A stretch of DNA of 64,000 nucleotides from Acidimicrobiia bacterium (GCA_040510135.1 JBEVJN010000039.1:10315-74314); one strand, 5' to 3'; positions 48,297 through 58,611 are shown, numbered from the stretch's first letter. Numbers and translations are program-made. Notes: generated by a model not told the origin, from the sequence alone.

Positions 48297-49769
48297 ATGT
48301 CAGACCCATTTGCCGAGCGCCGCGCCCGTCTGGCCGAGGAGATCGGCGACGACGCGATCGCTGTCATCCCGGCCGCGGTCGAGGTGACCCGGAGCAACGA
48401 CACCGAGTTCGAGTTCCACCAGGATCCCGACTTCTTCTATCTGACCGGGTTCCACGAGCCGGAGGCGGTCGCGGTGATCACACCAGGGCATGCGGAGGGC
48501 GATTACACCCTCTTCGTCAGGCCCCGGGACCCCGAGATGGAGGCATGGAACGGCTATCGGGCCGGGACCGAGGGGGCCACGGAGCAGTTCGGGGCGGCCC
48601 ATGCCTATGAGGTGGGCCAGCTCGACGAGATCCTGACCAGGCTCATGATCGGGCGTGAATCGATCTGGTATCGCACCGGCAATCGACACCACGACGACCG
48701 GATCGCGGGGATCGTGGCCAAGGCGAGAAGTCATCGTGAGCGCTACGGCGGGTCGGTTCCGTCGGCTGTGCGTGACATCACCGTCCCGCTAGCCGACATG
48801 CGTCTCTACAAATCTCCGGACGAGATCGAGACTTTGCGCCGAGCCTGCGAGCTGTCTGCCCGTGGACACGTCGAGGCGATGAGATTCGCCGCCCCCGGTT
48901 TGTACGAGTACCAGGTCCAGGCCGCCCTCGAGTACCACTGGCGTCTGGGCGGGGCCCGGCACAATGGCTATCCCTCCATCGTGGCCTCAGGGCCCAACAC
49001 CTGTGTCCTTCATTACCTCGAGAACGACCGGCTGATCGAGAACGGCGATCTGATCCTGATCGACGCGGCCGCCGAGGTCGATGGCTACTCGGCGGACATC
49101 ACCCGGACCTTCCCGGCCAATGGGAAGTTCAGCGGACCACAGCGTTCCATCTACGAAGTCGTGCTCGCTGCGTTCCAAGCGGGTCTCGACATGTCGGCCC
49201 CGGGAGGGAGTCTGCGGGCGATACACGACGCGGCCACCCGGGTCCTGACCGAGGGAATGGTTGATCTGAGCCTTCTCCCCAAGAGTGTCGAGGAGTCGCT
49301 GGCCATGCACCACTACAGCCAGTTCTACTTCCACGGCACCGGCCACTGGATTGGTCTCGACGTGCATGACATGGGCACCTATCGCGTCGAGGGCGTGCCC
49401 CGGAAACTAGAGCCGGGAATGGCCTTCACCGTCGAGCCCGGTCTGTACATCGCCCCCGACAAGGGCGAGATCACATTGACCTTGCTGGAGTACGACACCG
49501 ACGAGTGGAACCAGCGCCGGATCCTCGAAGGCCGTGCCGCCGCCATGGCCAAGGAGGCCGAGGCCAAGGAGAAGGCGGAGAAGATCACGCACTCGATTCC
49601 ATCGGAGTTCCTCGGCATCGGTATCCGGATCGAGGACGACGTCGTGATCACCGAGGACGGGCACGAGAACTTGACCAGCGCGGTCCCGTCGGGCGTCGAT
49701 GGGATCGAGGCCCTCTGTGCCGAGTCTTCTGCTCTTCCCCTCCCTCAGGCGGTTGCCGGGAGGGCGTAG
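48297..49769 (+). CDS. pepP: Xaa-Pro aminopeptidase P
   Basis: FFYLTG, LHY, DITRTFP, HGTGHWIGLDVHD, EPGLY and GIRIEDD motifs; ATG 48297. Confidence 0.93.
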   Translation: MSDPFAERRARLAEEIGDDAIAVIPAAVEVTRSNDTEFEFHQDPDFFYLTGFHEPEAVAVITPGHAEGDYTLFVRPRDPEMEAWNGYRAGTEGATEQFGAAHAYEVGQLDEILTRLMIGRESIWYRTGNRHHDDRIAGIVAKARSHRERYGGSVPSAVRDITVPLADMRLYKSPDEIETLRRACELSARGHVEAMRFAAPGLYEYQVQAALEYHWRLGGARHNGYPSIVASGPNTCVLHYLENDRLIENGDLILIDAAAEVDGYSADITRTFPANGKFSGPQRSIYEVVLAAFQAGLDMSAPGGSLRAIHDAATRVLTEGMVDLSLLPKSVEESLAMHHYSQFYFHGTGHWIGLDVHDMGTYRVEGVPRKLEPGMAFTVEPGLYIAPDKGEITLTLLEYDTDEWNQRRILEGRAAAMAKEAEAKEKAEKITHSIPSEFLGIGIRIEDDVVITEDGHENLTSAVPSGVDGIEALCAESSALPLPQAVAGRA

Positions 49770-50407
49770 AGCAGGATGGCGAAGAAGTGAAAGCAGCTCC
49801 CGGCGATGACGAGGACATGGAATAGCTCGTGGTGTGAGAACGCCCGGGGGAAGAGACGGGGCCGCCCGGTGGCGTAGATCACCGTGCCGATCACGTAGCA
49901 AGCGCCGCCGAGGACGATGAGAGCGATGGCGCCCGGGCCGAGCTCACGCCAGATCCAGGGAACCCAGATCAGGGCGGACCACCCCATCACCATCTGCAAT
50001 GTCACCGACAGATGGGTCCTCACGTCGGGCATCATCGCCTTGAGCAGTATCCCGGTGAGCGCGATCCCCCAGACGATGCCGAGCGCCACGGCGAGGGGTA
50101 CTCCTTCGAGAGAGGCTATGGCGATGGGCGTGAAGGTGCCGGCTACCACGAGGAAGATCATCGAATGGTCGATTCGCTGCAGCCTCGCCCTCCACTCTTC
50201 CCGCCAGGGGACCGAGTGATAGAGCGAGGAGACGATGAACATCAGGAGCAAGGCCCCGCCGAAGACGAGTGCCCCAAAGAGAGCTTCGGCCCGCCCCGAC
50301 GCCCTTTCGATGAGGAGCACGAGCCCGATGGCGGTGGCAATGGCTGCTGTGCCATGCAGAAAACCCCGAATCGGGTTCTGCATCCGCCCCAGAGTGATCC
50401 GCTCCAT
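49745..50407 (-). CDS. Hemolysin III/PAQR (TrhA) membrane protein
   Basis: SSLYH, DHSMIF..AGTFTP and HELFH motifs. Confidence 0.9.
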   Translation of the reverse strand: MERITLGRMQNPIRGFLHGTAAIATAIGLVLLIERASGRAEALFGALVFGGALLLMFIVSSLYHSVPWREEWRARLQRIDHSMIFLVVAGTFTPIAIASLEGVPLAVALGIVWGIALTGILLKAMMPDVRTHLSVTLQMVMGWSALIWVPWIWRELGPGAIALIVLGGACYVIGTVIYATGRPRLFPRAFSHHELFHVLVIAGSCFHFFAILLYALPATA

Positions 50408-50513
50408 GTTCTAGGAATCGTATCGGCCGCACCGGTGTAGGAGGAAAGGGGTCGGATGACCCAGGTCGAAACGAGACCTGATCCAGGCGGACCGGTACTA
50501 TGACCGCATCACC

Positions 50514-51281
50514 ATGGCTCTTGGTGTCCTCTACCGCTTATACGAGCGCAACCTCGTCAACGGGCTCGATCGAGACCGGCTGCCCCGTCACATCGGCATC
50601 GTCCTCGACGGGCATCGTCGTCATGCTCGCGAAGAGCGGCTACCCACCTACACCGAGAGTTACCGGGTCGGCATGCGCCGCTTCGAGGAGTTCATCGGAT
50701 GGGCCGAGGAGCTCGAGATCCCGGCAGTCACCGCCTGGGTCCTGTCGCGGGAGAACCTTTCACGACCGGCCGACGAGCTCGAGCCCTACTTCGAGGTCCT
50801 GGTCGAGTTGTTCGGCCGGCTGCCGGCCCTGTGCGAGAGCTATGACATGGGCATCAGGTTCATCGGGAGTCTCGACCTGCTCCCAGACGAGCTGGTAGCC
50901 GCGGCCAAGCTGGCGGAGGAGGCCCAGCCTTTCGGAGCCCGACGCCTCAACATCGCCATGGGTTACGGGGGAAGGCAGGAGATCGTCGATGCAGCAAAGG
51001 ACTTGGTGGCCAAGCTGGTGGCCGACGGCACCCCGCCCGACGAGATCGGCGCCCACATCGACGCCGAGTCGCTCGCCTCGCACATGTATTCCGCGGATCT
51101 GCCCGATCCGGACCTCCTCATCAGGACTTCGGGTGAGTCCCGACTCTCCGGGTTCCTGCTCTGGCAGTCCGCCTACGCCGAGTTCGTTTTCGTCGACGTC
51201 AACTGGCCCGCATTCCGCCGGGTCGACTTTCTCCGCGCGCTGCGCGATTTCACCAGCAGAGACCGCCGCTTCGGGAAGTAG
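50514..51281 (+). CDS. cis-isoprenyl diphosphate synthase (Rv1086/UppS family)
   Basis: LDGHRR, SRENLSR, YGGRQEI and RTSGESRLSGFLLWQ motifs; divergent from hemolysin III as in Rv1085c/Rv1086. Confidence 0.92.
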   Translation: MALGVLYRLYERNLVNGLDRDRLPRHIGIVLDGHRRHAREERLPTYTESYRVGMRRFEEFIGWAEELEIPAVTAWVLSRENLSRPADELEPYFEVLVELFGRLPALCESYDMGIRFIGSLDLLPDELVAAAKLAEEAQPFGARRLNIAMGYGGRQEIVDAAKDLVAKLVADGTPPDEIGAHIDAESLASHMYSADLPDPDLLIRTSGESRLSGFLLWQSAYAEFVFVDVNWPAFRRVDFLRALRDFTSRDRRFGK

Positions 51282-51321
51282 GCGAGCAAGCCCGGTTCGC
51301 TCAGAGCGCGGCGGCGGCAAA

Positions 51322-52008
51322 TCACGCGGAGATCATCTCTTCGTCGAGATGGCCCACGTCTCCGAGTTGGCGGAGCGAGAAACCCCACCCGGTGCTGATC
51401 CGGTCCATGGTCAAACGTGAGACCCCGGTGTGGGGTTGACGAAACCGGTCCCATTCCCAGGGAACGGGCTCCAACCCGAGCAGACGACCCAGGACCACGG
51501 CGTTCGTGCCGGCATGGGCCACGATGGCGACCCGCATCCCCGGATCCTCGACCTCCCAGAGATGGCGGTGCTCGGCGTGCATCGGCCGGATGCCATGGAC
51601 GGCCAACGTCTCCTCTAGCCCGGTCACGACTCTGCGATGAAAGGCCCGGAAAGACTCCCCACCCGGCAGCCCGTCCCACATCTCTTCCATTGTCCTGAAG
51701 TTGGCCTCGCGCAGCGCCTTCTCGATCTCCTCGGCCGGAGATCCCTCCCATGACGCGGGATTCTGGATCTCCCTCAGCCAGGGATACACCTCCGGTTCGA
51801 TGTCGACTTCGGACGCCACCGGGGCCGCAGTTTGCATGGCCCGGATCATTGGTGATGCCCAGAGTTCGTCGAAGGCTGCAACCGCACCCAGCCGATGGGC
51901 TACCCGCTTCGCCTGCTCGTGTCCCAGGACAGTGAGCTCCGGGTCGTTGCGAGCGATCAGGCCGGGGGTCCAGTCGGGCTGGCCGTGTCGCACGAGGATC
52001 AAGTCCAT
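51322..52008 (-). CDS. Histidine phosphatase family protein
   Basis: LVRHG, SP..RA.QTA, GES and AHAG motifs; ATG 52008 with -10 TACGGT. Confidence 0.88.
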   Translation of the reverse strand: MDLILVRHGQPDWTPGLIARNDPELTVLGHEQAKRVAHRLGAVAAFDELWASPMIRAMQTAAPVASEVDIEPEVYPWLREIQNPASWEGSPAEEIEKALREANFRTMEEMWDGLPGGESFRAFHRRVVTGLEETLAVHGIRPMHAEHRHLWEVEDPGMRVAIVAHAGTNAVVLGRLLGLEPVPWEWDRFRQPHTGVSRLTMDRISTGWGFSLRQLGDVGHLDEEMISA

Positions 52009-52067
52009 CGGCTCCACCGTACCCAGCCCGTTGTCCATACCGGCCGGCGCGGCAATACGATTGAGAG

Positions 52068-52613
52068 GTGTCCCGGCAAGCCCTCATCGATCACCTGCGT
52101 CACCATGCCCTCTTCACGGATGGCCCCTACACACTGAGGTCGGGTCAGCGGTCCGATTGGTACCTCGACGCACGACAGACGACATTTGCCGGAAAAGGGG
52201 CACCCATCGTGGGCGCGGCCGTCCTCGACGTTCTCGACCCCGAGGTCAGGGCGGTGGGAGGCATGACGATGGGGGCGGACCCGATTGCCCTCGCCGTCGC
52301 CGTCGTAGCCAATCTCCGGGGTCGGGACATCAACGCCTTCTCGATTCGCAAGACCACCAAGCAGTACGGGATCACGGGCCGGGTCGTCGGCCCGGTGACT
52401 GCCGGGATGCCGGTGGCGATCCTCGAAGACACGACCACCACCGGTGGCGCCGCCCTCGACGCCGCCGAGGCCGCCACCGCCGCCGGGTTGCGGGTGGTGC
52501 AGGCGATCGCTCTCGTCGATCGGTCCGATGGGAGGGCAGCCGACGCATTCGAAGACGTGTCCATTCCCTATGTGGCCCTGGTGGTTCCCAAGGACCTGGG
52601 CGTCAAGCGGTGA
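52068..52613 (+). CDS. pyrE: Orotate phosphoribosyltransferase
   Basis: TLRSG..S.WYLDAR, RK..K.YG and EDTTTTGG motifs. Confidence 0.92.
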   Translation: MSRQALIDHLRHHALFTDGPYTLRSGQRSDWYLDARQTTFAGKGAPIVGAAVLDVLDPEVRAVGGMTMGADPIALAVAVVANLRGRDINAFSIRKTTKQYGITGRVVGPVTAGMPVAILEDTTTTGGAALDAAEAATAAGLRVVQAIALVDRSDGRAADAFEDVSIPYVALVVPKDLGVKR

Positions 52614-53197
52614 AAGTCGTCGTCCAGCGCTCGGCGGTCAGGATGTGGCTGCTGGCGATGGGCGGCATACCACTGCTCGTCATCGCGGTTGACGTGCTCA
52701 CGAGTCGGCGCATCACCAACTGGCTGAGGGAGCTGATATTCAACCCGGAGGACACCCAGATCTACGAGCCTCGTGATGTGATCTGGGCCTGGGCCCTTCT
52801 GTTCTTTTCGGTGTTTCTCGTTCTCTGGGGTCTCAAGGAGCTTTTCATGCCGACCAAGGTGATAGAGGCCCGGGAGGAGGGGCTCGCGGTCAGGCTCCGT
52901 GGTCCGTTCCGCCATCCGGATCTCATTCCTTGGGGCAACATCGTGGACATCCAGCCGGGCGAGATCCTGGACGAGGGGGATGTGTTGATTCTCCTCCAGA
53001 TCGAGATGTCTGGCCGCGGGGAGCTGCCCGAGCACCCCTGGGGGGCGCGCTGGGTGGAGACGCGCACGCTAGGCCTTCTCGCTCAAGACTGGTCCATAAC
53101 GCCGGCCCAGGCAGCAGAGCAGCTGGGCCAGTTCGCGGTCGAAGCCGCTCAAAGGGAGACTCGGCCCCAGCACGAGCGCATCCCGGACCCGACGTGA
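52610..53197 (+). CDS. Hypothetical two-TM membrane protein
   Basis: GTG overlaps the pyrE stop; stop overlaps the nfo start; two TM helices + PH-like W..I pattern. Confidence 0.7.
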   Translation: MKVVVQRSAVRMWLLAMGGIPLLVIAVDVLTSRRITNWLRELIFNPEDTQIYEPRDVIWAWALLFFSVFLVLWGLKELFMPTKVIEAREEGLAVRLRGPFRHPDLIPWGNIVDIQPGEILDEGDVLILLQIEMSGRGELPEHPWGARWVETRTLGLLAQDWSITPAQAAEQLGQFAVEAAQRETRPQHERIPDPT

Positions 53198-53964
53198 TCC
53201 CGGTCGGCGCCCATGTGCCTTCGATCAATCCGTTGGAGGAGGCGCAGGAGCGCCAGGCCGAGATTGCCCAGATCTTCCTCTCCAACCCTCAGTCGTGGAA
53301 GAGGCCGCCGCCCCGGCAGGATGCCGTGGCCCTACGGGACTCACCCATCCCGATCTATGTCCACGCTCCCTATCTGATCAATGTCTGTGCCGACAACAAT
53401 CGGGTGAGGATCCCCTCCCGGAGGATCCTCCAGGACACCTGCGATGCGGCAGCCGAGGTGGGCGCCTTGGCTGTGATCGTGCACGGTGGCCACGTGACGG
53501 GAGACGGTCCCCAGGAGGAAGGCATCGATCGATGGAGGAAGGCCCTCGAAGCGGTCGACACCAAGATCCCAATCCTGATCGAGAACACCGCCGGCGGGGA
53601 CAAAGCGGTGGCGAGGAGGGTCGAGTGGATCGCCCGCCTCTTCGACGAGATCGGCGGGTTCGGAGTTGGCTTCGTCCTCGACACCTGCCACTTGTGGGCG
53701 GGCGGAGAGCCGCTGGACGAGGTCGTACCCCGCATCATGGAGGCGACGGGGCGGATCGATCTCGTCCAGGTCAACGACTCGAAGGACCCGTTCGACTCAC
53801 GACGGGACCGTCACGAGAGCCTGGGTAAGGGTCAGATCCCGCCTGACGAGATGGCCCGGATGATCATCGAGGCCGGGGCCCCGGTCGTGGTGGAAACTCC
53901 CGGTGACGTAGAGGATCAGGCGGCAGACATCGAGTGGGTCAGAAGCGTCTTACGTTCTACGTGA
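53194..53964 (+). CDS. nfo: Endonuclease IV
   Basis: GAHV, HAPYLIN, ENTAG, DTCH, NDS...RDRH and ETP motifs. Confidence 0.92.
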   Translation: MIPVGAHVPSINPLEEAQERQAEIAQIFLSNPQSWKRPPPRQDAVALRDSPIPIYVHAPYLINVCADNNRVRIPSRRILQDTCDAAAEVGALAVIVHGGHVTGDGPQEEGIDRWRKALEAVDTKIPILIENTAGGDKAVARRVEWIARLFDEIGGFGVGFVLDTCHLWAGGEPLDEVVPRIMEATGRIDLVQVNDSKDPFDSRRDRHESLGKGQIPPDEMARMIIEAGAPVVVETPGDVEDQAADIEWVRSVLRST

Positions 53965-53980
53965 TAGGTGCGTAGACGAA

Positions 53981-56272
53981 CTACTCGAAAATTCGCTTCG
54001 GCCCGGCGGTCTTCTGCTTCTGATGCTGCTTTCGCTCGCTCGGCGCCGGCCCGGCGATCGGACGGGGGTAGCGATCCTCGAGGATTATGGCCAACGGGCT
54101 TGCGGTGAACACCGACGAGTAGGTCCCGACGAGGATGCCGATCAGCAGGGCGAGGGCGAAGTCGGAGAGCGTGTCACCGCCGAGCACGTACAGAGAGGTG
54201 AGGATGAGGATCGCTCCCAGGCCGGTGTTGATCGTCCTCGGCACGGTTTGCAGGCAGGCCTCGTTGGCGATGGGGCCCAGCGGCTCGCCGGGGCGTTCGG
54301 CCTGATGCTCCCTGATGCGGTCGAAGATGACCACCGAGTCGGCGATCGAGTAGCCGATGATGGTCAACAGTGCGGCGAGAAACACACCGTCGATGGTCTT
54401 CCCCAGCCAGGCGAAAATCCCGACCACGATGATGACGTCATGGAACATCGAGAGCACGGCTGCCGCTCCGATCGTCCAGCGGAACCTGATCGCCAGGTAG
54501 ATGAGCTGCATGAGCAGCGCCAGACCTAGAGCCAGAACAGCGCGGTTTCGGATCTCCTCGCCGAGGGTCGGCCCGACGAACTGATCTCGCACCAGTGTCA
54601 CGTCGCCGCCTATCCCGGCCACCGTGTCCTCGAGCACCTGTTCTCGCTGTGCATCGAGCTCCTCGGTGCGGATCACGATGGTGCCCTGGCCGGTCTCCTG
54701 GATGAGAGCCCGCGGCAACCCCTGGTCGGCCAGATCCTGTCGTAGCTGGTCGAGATCCACTTCCTGGGTGGTGGAGAACTCCACGAGGCGACCGCCGGAG
54801 AACTCGATCCCGAAGTTGAGTCCCTTTGCCACGACGCCGGCGACAGCGAGCACGATCAGGATTCCGGACACGATGAGCCAGCGCTGCGGCTTGGCGAACA
54901 GGTTGGGGCCCGAGGTCTTCAGCCATTCCTGAAAGCGTCTCCCCACAGTCAAGCCGATCAACCGGGGGCGGGACTGGAGGAAATCGATCCGCGACAACAT
55001 CTCGAGTAGTACCCGCGTGACCACGAGAGCGGAGAACATCGACACCAGCACTCCGATGGTGAGGGTGACGCCGAAGCCACGGACCGCGCCGGCGGCGAGG
55101 AAGAAGAGCAGGACCGCCGCCAGGAGGGTGGTGACATTGGCGTCGAGAATCGCGCTCCAGGCCCGCTGGAACCCCGCTTCGAGCGATCTTCCCAGCGTCG
55201 GGTCGACCGCGTATTCCTCCTTTGCCCGCTCGTAGACCAGCACGTTGGCGTCCACGGCCATCCCGATGGCGAGGACGAAGCCGGCGATGCCGGGGAGGGT
55301 GAGGGTGGCTCCGAGCCACACCAGGACGGCGTAGGAGAGCAACCCGTAGACGACGAGCGAAATGGCCGCAGCCACACCCATCAGCCGGTAGAAGGCGATC
55401 ATGTAGAGGATGGTGAGCCCGGCGCCGATCAGGGCAGCCTGCAGGCTGGCGTCGATCGCAGCCTCGCCGAGCGAGGGCCCGACCGTACCCTGCTCGATCA
55501 CCTCGACCGGAACCGGCAGGGCACCGGCCCGGATGAGGAGAGCCAACTCGTTGGAGGTCTCCTCGTCGAAGCTCCCGGTGATCAGTGTCTCCCCACCGGT
55601 GATCCCGACATCGCATTGAACGGACGGCGAGACCCCCGGGCTGGAGAGGACGGTCTCGTCGAGAACGATGGCTACTCGCCGGGTCGGGTCGCCGATCGGC
55701 GCACAGGCCGCATCGGCGGTCAGTTGGGCCCACTGCTCCTCCCCCTCAGGGAGAAAGGCGATCGATACCGCCCATTGACCAGAGCCCTGGCTGTCGAAGA
55801 TGGCTGCAGCGCTCTCCACCTGATCGCCACTGACTGAGGTGGGCCCCAGTACCAGGTCCTCACCGGGCTCGCCGGGGATGACGAGATCTCCCTCGGTCGT
55901 CGGCTCCGTGCCGGTTGGCACAGCCTCTAGCACCGGGTGGAAGGTGAGCTGAGCGGTTCGCCCGATGACCTCCAGCGCCTCGTCCGGATCCTCGACCCCG
56001 GGCATCTCGATGATGATCCGGCGGTCGCCCGAAACCTGCAGTGTGGGCTCGGCCACACCGAAGGCATCGACGCGACGACGGAGGACTTCGAGGGTCCGGG
56101 CAGTCACATCACTGTCGACGGTGACGTCGGCGGTGTCCTGGGCCTCGAGAACGATCTGAGTGCCGCCGCGCAGGTCCAAGCCGAGATTCACCGGGTTGTT
56201 GAGAACGACGTATACGGCAGCGCCTATCGAGACCACGGTCCAAAAAAGACGCCACCGGGACACCTTGGCCAT
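53981..56272 (-). CDS. secDF: Fused protein translocase SecDF
   Basis: LGLDLRGG, VGPSLG and GMAVDANV..ER motifs; second half GIEFSGG, VGPTLG, GYSI.DSVVIFDRIRE. Confidence 0.95.
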   Translation of the reverse strand: MAKVSRWRLFWTVVSIGAAVYVVLNNPVNLGLDLRGGTQIVLEAQDTADVTVDSDVTARTLEVLRRRVDAFGVAEPTLQVSGDRRIIIEMPGVEDPDEALEVIGRTAQLTFHPVLEAVPTGTEPTTEGDLVIPGEPGEDLVLGPTSVSGDQVESAAAIFDSQGSGQWAVSIAFLPEGEEQWAQLTADAACAPIGDPTRRVAIVLDETVLSSPGVSPSVQCDVGITGGETLITGSFDEETSNELALLIRAGALPVPVEVIEQGTVGPSLGEAAIDASLQAALIGAGLTILYMIAFYRLMGVAAAISLVVYGLLSYAVLVWLGATLTLPGIAGFVLAIGMAVDANVLVYERAKEEYAVDPTLGRSLEAGFQRAWSAILDANVTTLLAAVLLFFLAAGAVRGFGVTLTIGVLVSMFSALVVTRVLLEMLSRIDFLQSRPRLIGLTVGRRFQEWLKTSGPNLFAKPQRWLIVSGILIVLAVAGVVAKGLNFGIEFSGGRLVEFSTTQEVDLDQLRQDLADQGLPRALIQETGQGTIVIRTEELDAQREQVLEDTVAGIGGDVTLVRDQFVGPTLGEEIRNRAVLALGLALLMQLIYLAIRFRWTIGAAAVLSMFHDVIIVVGIFAWLGKTIDGVFLAALLTIIGYSIADSVVIFDRIREHQAERPGEPLGPIANEACLQTVPRTINTGLGAILILTSLYVLGGDTLSDFALALLIGILVGTYSSVFTASPLAIILEDRYPRPIAGPAPSERKQHQKQKTAGPKRIFE

Positions 56273-56376
56273 TGGAGGATCCTTCGGATGTTCGGCTGGC
56301 GCGAAGCATGGTATCGGTGGTTGTCAGTCATGCCAGATCGAGAATTCGCATTGAGGCGGACCGGTATCCTTCCCAT

Positions 56377-57225
56377 ATGCGAGAAAAGGTCACTGTTCCA
56401 TCCATAAAGGCCCGCAAGGGCGGTCCCAAGATCTCGATGATCACCGCCTACGACTACCCGGGGGCCGTCATCGCCGACCGGGCCGGGATCGACATCGTCT
56501 TGGTGGGAGACTCGGCCGCCAATGTGGTTCACGGGATGTCCACCACCCTGGAGTTCGGGATGGAGGAGACGATCATGCATGCCCGGGCGGTGAAACGGGC
56601 CGACCCGAAAGCGCTGTTCGTGGTCGATATGCCGTGGCTGAGCTTCCACGTCTCGGTCGAGGACACGGTCCGTAACGCCGGCCGGATCGTCCAGGAGGGC
56701 GGAGCCGAGGCGGTCAAGCTGGAAGGGGGTCGGAAACGCCTCCCGATGATCCAGGCGATCCTCGACACCGAGATCCCGGTGATGGGTCATCTGGGCCTCA
56801 CCCCGCAGTCGGTCCATGCAATGGGAGGCTTCAAGGTCCAGGGCAAGATGGTCGATGCTGCCCAGGAGCTGATCGAGGACGCGATCGCAATCGCAGAAAT
56901 TGGCTGTTTCAGCGTCGTCCTGGAGGGTGTGCCGGATATTGTCGGCGAGCTCATCACGAAGGAGGTCGACATACCCACAATCGGAATCGGCGCCGGTCCA
57001 GGCACCGACGGCCAGGTTCTCGTCTTCCATGACGTGCTCGGCCTGGGATCGGGCAGCTACCCCAAATTCGTGCGTCCCTACGCCAACCTGGCCGACGAAG
57101 CCGTCGCCGCCCTGGAGCGGTATGTCGCCGACGTGACGTCGGGTGATTTCCCCGGCGAAGACGAGTCCTATCACGTGCCGGACGAGATCGCCGCCGAGAT
57201 GCTCAGAGGCCGAAAATCCGGGTAG
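56377..57225 (+). CDS. panB: 3-methyl-2-oxobutanoate hydroxymethyltransferase
   Basis: ITAYD, LVGDS, KLEGG, HLGLTPQ and GIGAG motifs; ATG 56377 with -10 TATCCT. Confidence 0.96.
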   Translation: MREKVTVPSIKARKGGPKISMITAYDYPGAVIADRAGIDIVLVGDSAANVVHGMSTTLEFGMEETIMHARAVKRADPKALFVVDMPWLSFHVSVEDTVRNAGRIVQEGGAEAVKLEGGRKRLPMIQAILDTEIPVMGHLGLTPQSVHAMGGFKVQGKMVDAAQELIEDAIAIAEIGCFSVVLEGVPDIVGELITKEVDIPTIGIGAGPGTDGQVLVFHDVLGLGSGSYPKFVRPYANLADEAVAALERYVADVTSGDFPGEDESYHVPDEIAAEMLRGRKSG

Positions 57226-57689
57226 TCGTCGCACTCCTCCTCGTCGCGGCCTGCGGCGGAGCTTCAGCCGGCACCACGGTCCCCGCCGAAGGATCCACTC
57301 CGGGCACGGCGAGCGAAGACCTTTTCCCGGTCGAGCAGATAACCGTCGGTGACACCGAACTGAGCGTGTGGGTCTCCGACGACCCGGCCGAGCGGCGTCA
57401 GGGTCTCACCATGCTCGAGGAGCTGCCCGAAGGCATCGACGGCATGATGTTCATATTCGATCCCCCGGGCGTCCCCACCTTCACGATGAAGGACACCGTC
57501 ATCCCACTCGACCTCTGGCACTTCGCCCCCGACGGCTCGTTGATCTCCATGGTGGCCATGGAGCCGTGCGCCGAGGAGCCCTGCACGCTCTACCCGACGT
57601 CGTTCCCGGTGGGATGGTCCCTCGAGACTCCGTCTGGCGACTTCACGTTCGAGGACGGGGCGATCCTGACGACTTCGGGTTCGGGCTGA
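57216..57689 (+). CDS. DUF192 lipoprotein (start codon uncertain)
   Basis: GL...GMMF.F...F.MKDT.IPLD DUF192 motif; in-frame signal RVVVALLLVAAC lies upstream of the first canonical start (57366). Confidence 0.75.
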   Translation: MRVVVALLLVAACGGASAGTTVPAEGSTPGTASEDLFPVEQITVGDTELSVWVSDDPAERRQGLTMLEELPEGIDGMMFIFDPPGVPTFTMKDTVIPLDLWHFAPDGSLISMVAMEPCAEEPCTLYPTSFPVGWSLETPSGDFTFEDGAILTTSGSG

Positions 57690-57744
57690 GATAGCCCTAT
57701 CATCCGGTCTCCGCACCGACGTCTCGCGCCGTTCGGTTGCGTGA

Positions 57745-57800
57745 AGCCCCTGCTCCACCGTGTTGGTGGGGCCTTCCGACACGGATGTCCACAGGAGGTC
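57745..57800 (+). promoter_or_regulatory. rpsF leader (S6:S18 autoregulatory RNA)
   Basis: CCTG pairs with CAGG overlapping the SD; CTCCACC/GGTGGGG hairpin followed by CC; directly 5' of rpsF. Confidence 0.6.
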
Positions 57801-57802
57801 AC

Positions 57803-58090
57803 ATGCGCGATTATGAAGTAATGACGATTCATCGGCCCGATCTGGCTGAGGACGAGGTCGAGACCAAGATCGCTGATTTGGAATCTCACCTGTCTGGCCA
57901 CGGCGCCACAGTCGATGGGCGGGATATGTGGGGGAAGCGCCGCTTCGCCTACGAGATTGATCATTTGTCCGAGGGCTATTACTCGGTGGTCACGTTCCAG
58001 GCAGAGGCGGCTGCCGTCGATTCACTCGATCGAATGCTGTCACTGGCCGACGAGGTGGTTCGACACAAGATCGTGCGCAAGGGAGCATGA
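57803..58090 (+). CDS. rpsF: 30S ribosomal protein S6
   Basis: MRDYEVM, WGKRRFAYEI and EGYY motifs; SD AGGAGG. Confidence 0.96.
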   Translation: MRDYEVMTIHRPDLAEDEVETKIADLESHLSGHGATVDGRDMWGKRRFAYEIDHLSEGYYSVVTFQAEAAAVDSLDRMLSLADEVVRHKIVRKGA

Positions 58091-58152
58091 CTGGAATCCG
58101 TCCCAGGGTCACGGCATGATCGACCCAGGGACGTGAGAAGAGGAGATTTCAC

Positions 58153-58611
58153 ATGTCGAACAACGTCACATTGATCGGGAACCTGGTCGACGACCCTGAG
58201 CTTCGCTTCACTCCTTCCGGGGTGGCCATGGCCAAGATCCGTCTTGCCGTGAACCGCCGCTGGCGGGGCAACGACGGCGAGTGGCAGGAGGACACCAGCT
58301 TTTTCACCGGCACCGTCTGGCGTGAGCAGGCGGAGAGCGCCGCCGAGTCGCTACAGAAGGGGGCGCGTGTCATCGTGACCGGGCGTCTCGAGCAGAGAAG
58401 CTGGGAGACCGAGCAAGGCGAGAAGCGCTCGGTGGTCGAGGTGCAGATCGATGAGATCGGACCCTCGCTGCGCTGGGCGACGGCTTCGGTGAACAAGACC
58501 CAGCGCTCCGGTGGGGATTGGGGCGGTGGCGGTGGTGGAGGTCAGGGCGCCGACGTGCCCCCCGCACCTGTGGCTAGAGAGTCGTACGGGCCCGACGAAG
58601 CGCCCTTCTGA
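58153..58611 (+). CDS. ssb: Single-stranded DNA-binding protein
   Basis: GNLVDDPELRFT and EIGPSLR motifs; acidic tail DEAPF. Confidence 0.97.
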   Translation: MSNNVTLIGNLVDDPELRFTPSGVAMAKIRLAVNRRWRGNDGEWQEDTSFFTGTVWREQAESAAESLQKGARVIVTGRLEQRSWETEQGEKRSVVEVQIDEIGPSLRWATASVNKTQRSGGDWGGGGGGGQGADVPPAPVARESYGPDEAPF

